Of a stretch of 64,000 nucleotides of DNA, positions 1 to 10,919 are shown one piece after another (the stretch's first letter is position 1; the number at the start of each line of letters is the position of its first letter). Source of the DNA: Lingula anatina (Eukaryota > Animalia > Brachiopoda); the NCBI GenBank assembly GCA_051362555.1, contig CM120640.1, positions 45,982,788 through 46,046,787 on the forward strand. Reading direction: 5' to 3'. Under the pieces are notes generated by a model that was not told where the DNA came from, ran no database searches, and was given only the letters and a program-made list of their open reading frames with translations. A program made the position numbers and the translations under genes.

Positions 1-590
1 CGCTATTGATTGTATCGCAGAGACGTTAGCATTCTAGCTTTATGTCAGGTATAGTGATATAAAGCGAAAAGTCAATCACTTGTTCATAAATTTGGTGTAG
101 AATTTGCATTCATTTGCAATTTACCAAGAGCTGCACTTTGCTTGACTTCATGGCTGCCCTTGTAGATGGAAATTAAATGACATCAATGACAAAATCGACA
201 GGCAGCCGTTTCAAAGAGTTGCTTGCAAACGGAAACAATCTGAACCACACAGGAATCAAACTTTATACGTCCACTACTTGGAATTTCAAAGGTGGCTGGC
301 AAATGAAGAGAAACTGTAGTGAGAAATAATGAGGTAGGTGCTGTAAATGAGAGGATAGACAACGAGCACACGTTTGCATGGGTAGCATATAGCTTTAACA
401 TATAACATCTGGGATTGAGTTGACAGGATGCTTGTGAATCTGAATCATTCCACATCATTACCAATTATCAGTAATGCTATAGTAAACAAGAATTGTGTGT
501 TGCACCGCACATCATTTGGCTCTATAAAAAGTCAGACTTGACTCGAGGCAATAAAAATATTTTCTCTTACTCTTTGTAAGAGTACTTTAA

Positions 591-840
591 GGCCCCATTC
601 CCATCAACACCATCGGTCAACGTAAATCGATCTAATTCTGTGGGGACTCTTGCTGTATGGCATGCAATCAGCTTAACTGAATGACAAGCCTCCTCTTGTT
701 TCCAACGCACTCGTATAATCACCAGCTTTTTTGTATTCTACTTAACGCCACAAGGAGTCATGTTAATCTTTTTTACTGATTGCATTCAGCAAGAGTCCCT
801 ACGGAGTTGGATCGATCTACATAGACTGGTGAACGGGCCC
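591..840. mobile_element. PIF/Harbinger-type MITE (family A)
   Basis: Imperfect TIR GGCCCCATTC/GAACGGGCCC flanked by TAA/TTA. Internal inverted repeat GGGACTCTTGCTG (643-655) / CAGCAAGAGTCCC (787-799). Related copies elsewhere in the window. Confidence 0.75.
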
Positions 841-1349
841 TTAGCGTTTTTATAACAACCGATTGTCGCTCATCTTGGGTATATAGGTCTAAGTAATATG
901 ATAGCATAACATTTGAGATGATATGTGCACCGGAGTTGAAATGTAGGCCAATTCAATTTGTATTTTACTGTTTAGATATCACGATATGCGCCCGTTTGTG
1001 GTGTCCAGTAGCCTTATTTAATTACATTGTAGGTTTGTGCTGCCTTTAAATATTGAAAGTACATCTGTATACCATGCTGACATTTTAAAATATATCCCAC
1101 TGTATTACGCAGAGACAAATATAAGTAATCGTATAAATCTGAAAAAGAAAAAAGCAACAAGAATTTATCATTTTGAAAAACAAAAAGTGATGGATGAGTG
1201 AACTTCAGTTCCAATTTTCTATGTTAGTTATTCCGATATTCATGTACATATCCTACGTATGGTTCTGTAATGAGAACGAAATTGATTTATTCCAGATTTG
1301 CAGACTTGCAGGTCGTTTAGGAATAGCATGAGTTTACTAAACCCTAGGG

Positions 1350-2465
1350 ATGGCAATTTCTAACGAGTCAGACGTCATCGATGTCCCAGGTAAAGAGGTC
1401 GTCATTTTACAAGCTTCCGTGATGACAATCCTATGGCTTTGTTCAATCATCGAAAACGCTTTGGTTTGTGTTGTGATCTACAGGAGCCGGCGAATGCAAT
1501 CGACGACCAATTACTTTGTGGTGTCTCTCGCTTGTTCAGATTTAGTCCTTGCCGGAGCCTGGACACCGTTCGTGTTTGGCGGCGTGGTAGTTGGCAGGTG
1601 GACGTTTGGTCTGGCATTGTGCAAAGCGGTCACATATGCTAGTCATGCTCTACTTGGAACGTCAATGTTCGTCTTTGTTTGCATCAGTATTGACAGATTT
1701 TATACGATCATTTATCCGCTGAGTTTTAAGGTGACAAGGGGCACGGCCAAAAGAATGGTCACGGGAAGCTGGTTTCTTGCCTTTCTTGTCCCACTGGCCT
1801 TGCTGTATTTTACATCATCTAAAGACAATCTGTGCGTCCAAGGGTTCCCGTCGGTGTCCAACGGCGCTGTTTACTTTACGGTGATGGTCATTTTGACGTT
1901 TGGCATCCCTTCAGCTATTATTAGTGCCAGTTTTACAAAAATCGCAAAATATATTTGGAGAACAGGGAGGGGACACAGAATGGTTCAAAGGACCAACAAC
2001 CCTGTTCCCAGAGCCAAGGTGAAAATCGTGAAAATGCTCATTATAACAACAGCGGTAAACGTATGCCTAATTGCACCTTACTATATTGTCCAACTTATTT
2101 GTAATCATTCTCAGACAACAAATGTCAGTCAGACGTGGTATATTGCAGTGACGCTACTAGCAATAGGCAGCACAAACGCTAAGCCAATAGTATATCTCAT
2201 ATATAACTCTAATTTTAGACGAGGGTGCCAAGAGGTCTGTTGTTTAACGAAGACCAAGTGTTATAGAAAAAATGCCTATGCAGTGACAACGGTGTCAAAA
2301 TTTGACAGGAACAATTATATAGGGCCTATGACAACAACGGGTTACGAACTGTCACAGATGCAAAAAGGTAGTGACATTACCCACGTGTTTAATAGGTCTG
2401 CACAGGTTAAAAAAACTGCATGGCCACTTGACGTCTCCATTATGGACTTGGAAGATAAGGTGTAA
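1350..2465 (+). CDS. GPR19: GPR19-like class A (rhodopsin-type) orphan GPCR, 371 aa, single coding exon
   Basis: Seven hydrophobic segments. GPR19-typical motifs: VIYRSRRMQSTTNYFVVSLAC, IDRFYTIIYPLSFKV, QRTNNPVPRAKVKIVKM, KPIVYLIYNSNFRRG (DRF and KPxxY variants as in vertebrate GPR19). N-glycosylation sequon NES near the N-terminus. Splice-acceptor-like ttattccag/tttgcag at ~1286-1303 and AATAAA motifs at ~2542-2560. Confidence 0.93.
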   Translation: MAISNESDVIDVPGKEVVILQASVMTILWLCSIIENALVCVVIYRSRRMQSTTNYFVVSLACSDLVLAGAWTPFVFGGVVVGRWTFGLALCKAVTYASHALLGTSMFVFVCISIDRFYTIIYPLSFKVTRGTAKRMVTGSWFLAFLVPLALLYFTSSKDNLCVQGFPSVSNGAVYFTVMVILTFGIPSAIISASFTKIAKYIWRTGRGHRMVQRTNNPVPRAKVKIVKMLIITTAVNVCLIAPYYIVQLICNHSQTTNVSQTWYIAVTLLAIGSTNAKPIVYLIYNSNFRRGCQEVCCLTKTKCYRKNAYAVTTVSKFDRNNYIGPMTTTGYELSQMQKGSDITHVFNRSAQVKKTAWPLDVSIMDLEDKV

Positions 2466-3966
2466 TGATTATTTTCAGGGGCAGTTCCATAATTTTAAAA
2501 CCCCGTCTGCATTGAATATTGTCTGTCATCATGTCAAAACTAATAAAAATGAGAAATAAAAGTAATGAAAGCAAGTGGCGCAAGGGAATTTTAGTTTAGA
2601 AAAAATGTCTCTGGGTCGCCCTCCAAATACATCATATTTGTTGTTCTCTTATCAACATGGACTAATAAACTGTATCGATTATTAAATTCCCATAAACATC
2701 GGCATGAAAAATACTTTGTTAATGAATAGCTAAACGTTTAACCAAGCTTGGAGTGCTTTCAAATCGCAAATTTAATGCCAGTATATTGTTATTATTGATA
2801 TTTCATCACTGGTTATTGATACCAGCCTAACATTAACGTAACAAACAAAACGCTTAACTTATATCAGTATAACTCATTCATTAAAAAACAAAGTTTAAAG
2901 ATGTAGGTTATAACTCCCTTAAACGGATATAGGTTGCGTTGCGTTACCCTATAATAAGAGCAATTTTCATTCGAAATGGTGTTTAGACGCGTTTCTGAAT
3001 CAATTTTTGCATCGTTGTACTTGGAGCTATTGGGAAGCTTCGGGCGAGATGGCGTGATGGCATTATTTCAATTATTTCCATTTTAAAGATTATGCCTGTG
3101 ACATGCCAAATGTTAGACATGAAATACTTAACAAAAACCAAATAAAATCCGGTTGTTTTGTGTCAAAAGGAAATCTTATTTTTTTGTACAATGATTTCTT
3201 TGTTATTGACCTTGTCATATTCTTCCTGTCATTAATGTTGGCCGGCACAGTAACAATAAATTATATTTTGTTTTGAGCACGTTTCTGAGAAAATATACGT
3301 CAGTCATTACAGCATGTATTATATGAGAAAGGTTTTGTATGTGCGTCATTTCATTAAATGGCCTTTTTTTTTCGTGATATGCAGTTTTCCCTTCACGCAC
3401 TTATTATGGGTTAGAGTGAATAAGTAATAATGACTGTAAATTCTTTTTTTGGCGCATGTCATTAAATTCTCAACGCATCTTACAAAATATCTAGAAGTTT
3501 TACAACACTGATAATAAGGCTGCAAAATGAGACTTACCTGGACGAAAAGTCCAACGACATGATGTGATATAAGTGACCTACTATAATAGCAGTTTTTAAA
3601 CTTGGCTGCAGGTCAACTTTTCCGTCAAACAAAAAATATTTTTTTGTTTATCAGCCATTTAAACTGATAACAAACATGTTATACATGTAAGTAGAAACAC
3701 TCGAATTATAGTGACACTAAAAAGACTGGCTTGTTTTTAGCCCTTAAAAAGCTGTAACAACTGTCAAAATATAAAACACGGATGGCTGGTGTGGTGTGAA
3801 AATAACGGCAATTGAACCCCCTTTACACGGCGTCCTTTTTATTTTGCGTCTTATGTGCAACTATGAAGCTGGCCAGGACGCCGTTGGATGCTCAAAGAAA
3901 GCACGATGATCGCTACGAATGCACGCCGAACGCTCAAGCATCGCCGAGGACGCCATGGTCGCCGCA

Positions 3967-4033
3967 AAGTGTTATAGAAAAAATGCCTATGCAGTGACAA
4001 CAGTGTCCAAATTTGACAGGAACAATTATATAG
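3967..4033 (+). repeat. 67-bp direct copy of GPR19 coding sequence 2256-2322
   Basis: 65 of 67 bases identical by direct comparison. Confidence 0.95.
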
Positions 4034-4129
4034 AATATTTTGAACCAGTTGTATCTTAATTTAAAGAATTTGGCCGTTTTCACAATACCCTGATCGTTAT
4101 TCAAAGCTACATTGTTGGGGCCTGTCTAA

Positions 4130-4291
4130 TGCCCCTATTTCACACAGACCACGAATCCCACGAATCGCCAGGAATTGACAAATTTCAGGATTCGTGGTTG
4201 AATCGTAATCAGTTCGTGATTGATCAAGAACTGACTACGAATATATACGAATCTGTTAAGAACTTCACGAACTGATTACGATTCAACCACG
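4130..4291. mobile_element. MITE fragment with a perfect 27-bp inverted repeat and ACGAA motifs
   Basis: Starts GCCCCTATTTCACAC; CGTGGTTGAATCGTAATCAGTTCGTGA (4193-4219) / TCACGAACTGATTACGATTCAACCACG (4265-4291). Confidence 0.6.
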
Positions 4292-4294
4292 CTC

Positions 4295-5253
4295 GATTTA
4301 GTAAGCAAACAGTCAACAGGTATCTTTTAGAAGCTGGATTTCCATCGCGAAGACCCCTTAAAGCCGCTGTTGACCAACAGACAAGCAGACCAGACAAGAT
4401 TGGCGTGGGTCAGACATCGAGAATATTGGAATTTTAGGACTTGGCGAGGGTTCATGTGGCCTGACGAGAGCAGATTCAATTTGGTGTATGCCACTGTGTG
4501 TCATTCAAGTGAGGTTCACTGGTCAACGATACAGACACAAAATCCTGTTGGGGCGCGTTCAACAATACATCCAGGCAAATCCAGGGAGGAACATCAATTT
4601 GGTGAAGAATAATGCGCCCATCCATAAAGCGCGGGTCGTTCAAGACGCGCTGCAACAGTATTGTAGACCCAGTATGGATTGGCCTGCATACTCGCCAGAT
4701 CTCAATGCTTGCGATATGATTTACAAAGCAGTAAATAAGAAACAACCTCCATGGGGAAACATTAGAGAGCTCCAAAGGGCAGTAACTGAGTAACGGAACC
4801 GGTTCCCAGTGCAAGATTTACAGAATTCGGCAGCAAGTTGCAGGAGACGACGTGAAATTGTTGTTAAAAACCAGGGAGGGCACACCCGATATTGATTGCA
4901 TAATAGACGATTAATCATCTGTAATCTACAGCCTACTTTTATCAGAACCAATTCTGAGATGATTGAAGTTTGCTTTTTTATGATAAGCTGTTTTAATTAG
5001 CACGCACTTTTTGCATGTGTGAGCATACTTTGTATCCACATGGTATGGCATATTTTGGTACCATTTTGTTCATAAAGTCATTTTGATTTTTACAATAAGC
5101 TGTGTGGTGTATTTCATTAATAAACATTCATCTTGAACACGTTGTTTATAAACATAAAAGAAATATGCATTATTTCACTAACAACTGAAATAATGACTAT
5201 GATAAAAGAATCTTAGAAAAACCGATGCGTTGCTTAATTTATGAGCATCAGTG
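4295..5253 (+). mobile_element. Decayed Tc1/mariner (Tc1-like) transposon, 5'-truncated
   Basis: Frameshifted motifs RLAWVR, WPDESRFNL, TGQRYR, NNAPIHKAR, MDWPAYSPDLN, QGGHTRY; right end ...CATCAGTG|TA at 5253-5255. Confidence 0.88.
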
Positions 5254-6916
5254 TAGAGCAGCATGCAAGTGTGTAGAGGGAAACTGAGTTGCATATACCA
5301 CTTGATCAGCTTTTTATAGATTTCAGGCGGAGCTTCGATCGTGAAATTTTATTTAAATTTATTTATATATTTATTTATTTTTGGCTGTATTTTTAATTGA
5401 TCACATGTTCATATACTGCAAGTTACGAAAGCTATAGAATCAAAACTGCCAGGAACAACATCATGTCAAAAACAATATCATGAAGTGGTATTGAGCGAAA
5501 TTCCATTGAACTATCCCTGCCTTTTCCTTCAGCACAATAAAGTAAAATGTTTACGACTCGAGAAAATTGATTTTTTTTCTTCACACAGACCAAGGTCGCA
5601 ATTATTTTGTTTACTTACAATGTCACAATCCTGGCTGATTGAACGCCTGATATCAAACCTAGAATAAAAAAGTAATCTGTCATATAAACACGATGAAAAG
5701 ATAATATCTATGTAATAGTTGTATTTCAGCCCCTTTTGAAGGTTTTTTTCAATTTTTTTCTTTTGAGGAAATCACAAACGCCTCATAAATCAATTCGCTA
5801 TTAAAGGATCGGATGGTATAACCTATCTGCTCGTTCCATTTTACAAGTACTTCAAACCGGCTGGCAAAGAAAAGGAGAATCACACACTTAGAAAAATAAA
5901 CCTCTTCCTCTTCTTCATACTATAAGTGTGTTAAAAGGATATCGGGTGATCCAGGAAGCGGTGGCATCCTATTTCAAATGTAATATGGTAATAAATCCTT
6001 CACTCCTCCCCTCCAAAAGAAAAGGGGGGGGGGGGGGGGAGACTGAGACTCGCTCGGACTCTTAGAATGCATAGAATAAACAATATCCTACAGGCCAACT
6101 GAGGGCTCGTTTACAGAAGAAAAAATTTCATGAATTAGCCATAGAAAGATTATTTGTGAATATCTAGTGAAAAATCCATCTGTAAACCTGGTAGAGGGCA
6201 AACGGAATGAAGACGCACTTATTTGACATTCCCCGGGTGAGATTTTGAATACATGAAATACAATCTGAAAATATAGTAAGTTTACATAGGCCGTTATTAC
6301 ATATAACAGACACGCGCGCGCGCGCTCACGCACGTACACACATACACACACACACTTACATGACATTCACCTTCTGAGTATCGTAACAGTTACACTGAAG
6401 TTCTGTAAGCTAGTTTGCCTTCCCATTTGCCATTCCAGACCAGAAGACCAAATAATCATAGGTCAACCATTCAATACGGAAGATGCTTCCACAGCAGGCA
6501 TTTCTCTGTATATAATTGCCAAATTTTAATTTATGATGATAAGAACAGTATATAAACTGATTAAATCCGCAATGAAGAGCAAATGATTGAATACTTGACC
6601 CTGCGCTTGGCCACCGGCGTGTCCCTATCACCTCACCTGAGCTGATAAAAGGAAAGCGGAAAAGAACTACCTTTCAGCCTAGAGATAAAGTAAAGCTCAC
6701 AATGTTGACAGAACATTCAACACGAAGGTCACGCTTAAACAACTTGTTTTGTAAGTCATTACGCTACCGATAGTCAAGTTTTCGATGAATTTCGGCCGCT
6801 GTGGTCGTAAAAGGTGAAGGTAGCTCTTCTCGCGGCGACAGCACGCACGAGCGTAACGCGGGGGGGAACAGGGCGGTATCCTGAACTCTGTGCGTGGTAT
6901 TGCGTGCGAGGAAAGA

Positions 6917-7354
6917 ATGGGCACGAGGAGAGAAATTCGGGATATTCAAATGCGCCATGTTATTTCAACTGTTCCGCAGGTTGACCTGAGCAAAGTACTT
7001 ATGCAGCTTGATTCCCAACAACTTTTTCAAAATGATTACCGTTTGTTAGCTGAAAAAATCGGCTTCAGTAACGCGGAAATCGCCAGGTTGACCATACTTG
7101 CAAACAGAAGCACCGACTCGATTACTTTAGCAATAATCAAACACTGGAGCACTAGAAGGGACTCTTTGTTAGGAAAACTCCTGGATATTTTGGAGGAAAT
7201 GGAAAGAGCAGACGTCGCAGACGACTTAAAGGAAGTTGTTGAGAAGAAGATGCTGACGACATGCTACCCTTATCTATCCCGTAGCAGCAAAATGAGTGGT
7301 GTCCATAAAGGTAATCGACTTTTTCCGGGTGTTAGACACAATGGGATTGGATAG
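6917..7354 (+). CDS. Death-domain protein (MyD88/IRAK/Tube-like DD); 3' structure uncertain
   Basis: From ATG 6917: LSKVLMQLDSQQLFQNDYRLLAEKIGFSNAEIARL...SITLAIIKHWSTRRDSLLGKLLDILEEMERADVADDL. This fits the six-helix DD pattern (D-W/Y-R-x-LA-E-x-x-GF...W...G-x-LL-x-x-L-x-x-MER-x-DV). A CpG-rich segment lies just upstream (6790-6910). A possible donor AAAG|gtaatc at 7310 may truncate the exon. Confidence 0.8.
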   Translation: MGTRREIRDIQMRHVISTVPQVDLSKVLMQLDSQQLFQNDYRLLAEKIGFSNAEIARLTILANRSTDSITLAIIKHWSTRRDSLLGKLLDILEEMERADVADDLKEVVEKKMLTTCYPYLSRSSKMSGVHKGNRLFPGVRHNGIG

Positions 7355-8859
7355 CAAAACGTGAAAACAAGCCAATCACTTTTTCGTAGTCCATTCCTCA
7401 GAGAAATGTTGCTCTTTGCAGTTTTGCAAAGAAATGTAGACAGATTGCTTAAAACAGAATGCATTCTATTATCACTGATTTTCCCACTGTTACGTTTCTG
7501 AAGACACGTTGTCGTCGCTTACTTCACTCAGGTAGGTGAAAACAAAACAAAACAAACAAAAAAGCCATTACTGTAACAACATATTTCGCACAATTTCAAG
7601 AAACAAAGATAAGGATTGACCTGTTAGATATTCGTAGTAGCAATTAACGCTGAAAATCTTCAAAGTGACTCAACAAGTTAGACGTTGCTAAGAAACCGCC
7701 TTATCAAACTCACCAATTATCGAGTCAAGAGTTTTTTTTTTTTTTTTTTTTTTACAGATGATTTAGTTTGGATGTGCATTGTAGCCGTATTGCCATTGTC
7801 TTTATGGTAGTCAATTACAGCTCGTCGTTTTGCCGTCATCAACGCCACAAATTTGGATATAAATATATTAATTATCAAACATAGTTTGTCATTTTGCCAT
7901 CAGCAACATGACAAATTTAGACAAATATATATCAGAATCTGTTTCGATGACTTGGTTGCAATATCAAGATCTGCCTTTGCAGTGCAAATTTTGTGATTTA
8001 GTAAATGTTCACTTGAAAAAATAATAATCTAAATGGGTCAAATTTACTTTCTTAAATAACAACGACCTTTTCGTAGAAAATGAATAGGAGAGTGTGACGA
8101 GTATGGCATCTTTGACACGAGCCTATTATTGGGAAGATGAACAGTATGCAGTAAATCAGAACATTTTGTTTGTTTACGTGATAGTGTCAAGCGCGAGGAA
8201 TTTCCTGAAAAAGATAATACTTCAGTTATAAAATTTAATCCAATCACACGATGGCATTTAAAGGAAAGTGTTTTAAATTCTATACTAATCTCTCCATTTT
8301 CTAAAAGAAATAACTAAATGTTGATTTAAATCGTGTTTGAATTTTATTATATTATGGCGCGCACACATACACAAAAAACCTTCCTCCTTGTTAAGTCATG
8401 TCTTTCCGCCAGGTTTCCAAAGACAGATAATGTAATCAGATAAATAAAAACAACCGCTCATATTTGATTGGCAGCTAAACAATACTATAGATAAACATAC
8501 TAACCCTTAAACCGATTTTTTAAGGTAGGAAGACATTCCACAAATATCTTCAGGTGCAAATTTTAGAGGTCTGTTTTTGAATAATGACAAACACACATTG
8601 CAATGTTTTATCTCTAGGCGCACAAAATATTCAAACTCACTACAAATAATTGTGAGTCAGGTCACAATCCAGGCCATTTTTGTGGCTCTTACATTTATGA
8701 GGTAAACGAAAACAAAAGGTTATGAACTGTGATGGTTAATCGGTTTCTTGTCGAAAGTGGCAATAATGGGAAAGGTAGCTTGCTTTCGGCTCAATCGCAG
8801 TTATCAAATAAATGTTTTCTGTGTGAATTATGGGGTGATAAATATGTAGGATGCATGTA

Positions 8860-9460
8860 GGGCTCATTCAAAGATATAACCTTCATAATTAAAATATCTT
8901 TCCAGATTTTTGCTATCACTTGCGGCAACTTTGCACAGCTCTGGTAGGGATCTGGAATTCTCTGCACCACTTTTTGGAAACCCCGTACCACGGTCCCATT
9001 GACTGGAGCCCCATCTCAATCTCTTTCTTCCTTCTCTCGTGGGGAAAAGAACTCTTGTTGGTATGGATAATCCCTACGGGTCTTTTCAAACTCTTCACAA
9101 CAGTGGATGTCTGCTTCGCCAAATTTTTAACCATGATGCTGATACTTCTTCTCGCCCAGGTGGCGGAAAATAAATGGGTGAGCCCAGAGGTTGGATTCAT
9201 GAGGCAAGAACTGCTCAGTCTGACGTCTAACTCCTTGAGAGAGGTAGGTTTGTACTCTATATGATAATCCCAAGTAGTCTTCCCATACATATAGCAGTGG
9301 AACACGTGTCCCCTCTCCTTTGGGTGGTAGCTTTACGGGCACCTCCATCCCCCTACCCAAAAACAGTATAAGGAGCAAAACGAGTAAAAACCATTCGGTT
9401 CTCCATCCTGTGTCGTAGATGTTACAATAAAGTTGCCCTCGTCTACTATTATTTATCATA
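8860..9460 (-). mobile_element. Composite remnant: LINE (Tx1/L1-like) ORF2 C-terminal fragment (~9000-9460) abutting a Tc1-like C-terminal fragment (~8860-8990)
   Basis: Frameshifted minus-strand peptides DTGWRTEWFLL..LLILF, HVFHCYMYGKTTW and LAKQ-xIHCC resemble zf-RVT/C-terminal LINE patterns. VVQRIPDPYQSCAKLPQVIAKIWKDI resembles a Tc1 C-terminus. Pattern resemblance only. Confidence 0.4.
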
Positions 9461-9796
9461 CTCGCGCCCTCTCTTCCTTTGTAAAATTCTGGATCTGCCA
9501 GGGCATTTACTTAATTTTTTTGTTAACCCGATTGTGTTAAGTCGGGTGGATGTAGCTGAGATGTTGCAGTGTATCTGTGGTGAATTTTGTGTGTACTGTA
9601 CCTGAGCTTTTATCGTGGTTTTCACTGGTTTGTGATCTTTATTTGGCCATTGTTGTCAATCTCGGTTGGTCCATTTCATCGTACGTTTTGTAGGTTGTCG
9701 TTAGGTTATATTCAGTTTTGGTTATATCAAGGACGTATTTTATACATTCTTGGTTATATGTATCTTGAACCCATTGTATTTTTAAACAAACAAACA

Positions 9797-9801
<5 letters not shown>

Positions 9802-9861
<60 letters not shown>
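9802..9861. repeat. (AT)n microsatellite
   Basis: Visible dinucleotide run. Confidence 0.95.
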
Positions 9862-9864
<3 letters not shown>

Positions 9865-10604
9865 GATTTTTTTTTGAATAATTTTCTCAGAATATTAGAA
9901 TGTTAGAATATGCTTTTGCATGCTCACTTGCACACGGCAGACTTTGTTTGTCATAGAATACAGTTACCAAATATCCCTGAATTTTTAAAAAATGTATTTG
10001 ATTCATATATCTTAGCATGAGTGTCAAGGATGAATGTGAATTCAATTTAGGTGTGCCATGATTGGCCATTTTAGCTGCACTTTCTGGCACTGTCTTATTC
10101 GGAAGCACAGAACAAACGTTCTACCTGGAGCATCAATTAACGAGTCAGGATTTCATTTGTTTAATAACTGACGCATGCACAGATTTTCAATAACAAAAGC
10201 AACAATAATCCTCTAAAAGTGCCTTCGTTGCCCCAGATATTAAAACAGGCGAGTATGGCTACAGCAAATTGCCTCTGATAAGGCTACGATATTTTCAAAA
10301 TATCTGTTTAACTCGTGTTACCCTTGCAATTAGAAGTGCCTGGGAGTCCTTCTCTTGAAGTATTTTTTACGGGTTTACTGAGAATTTCCAGTTAATGTCG
10401 ATAATTTTCTGCTCTTTGAGCCACTAGATTCCCTTGCATTGGAAGTTTCTTTCATTGCAAAGGCGAAAATCACACTTGAAAGAAAATGGCGTTTAGCCTT
10501 AATGTCATGAGATTTCTCACATTAGAAATTTCTCGAACAGTTAAGAACAATGACCATAATTGCACCTGGACTTTATAAAAAGTGTTTTTTTTTTATTATT
10601 ATAG

Positions 10605-10919
10605 ATGAGAATACCATCTGTTGAAGTTGCCTCACAGATCAAAGCGTTGCATGAAAGCATTCGCAGAAAGCTGGTGGTGTCACTAACCATGGAAATGTTC
10701 CTTCTGCCGCTGCCTCTAATTTGGATACCAAGCTGCAAGGACCATTCCCCGGAAGTGGTTCAGTTTGCATACTTGGTGTGCCTGGTGGAGTTCCTGCTTA
10801 CGATGTTTGTCTTCTGGAGACACTATCGGCGGGCAGAGGTTTGCCTTTTGGACGGGCGCTTTCGGTTAGATGGGCTGTTTCATAAAAACTGTTATCAAGA
10901 AGAGGTGATGTTAGTATAA
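10605..10919 (+). CDS. Candidate coding exon or small ORF with two hydrophobic segments, function unknown
   Basis: GC content is higher than the flanks. It follows a polypyrimidine acceptor (ttttttttattattatag|ATG). Hydrophobic runs LVVSLTMEMFLLPLPLIWI and VVQFAYLVCLVEFLLTMFVFW are followed by basic RHYRR. No family recognised. Confidence 0.3.
   Translation: MRIPSVEVASQIKALHESIRRKLVVSLTMEMFLLPLPLIWIPSCKDHSPEVVQFAYLVCLVEFLLTMFVFWRHYRRAEVCLLDGRFRLDGLFHKNCYQEEVMLV

Noticed and set aside
7355-7531. Stop-codon read-through or a frameshifted TIR domain after the death domain (HFFVVHSSEK looks faintly like TIR box 1)
   Set aside because: All three frames contain stops within ~150 nt and no further TIR motifs follow
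6640-8210. ISRE-like GAAAGCGGAAA (~6652) and kappaB-like AGGAATTTCC (~8196) near the death-domain gene
   Set aside because: Imperfect short matches expected by chance; not supportable without functional data
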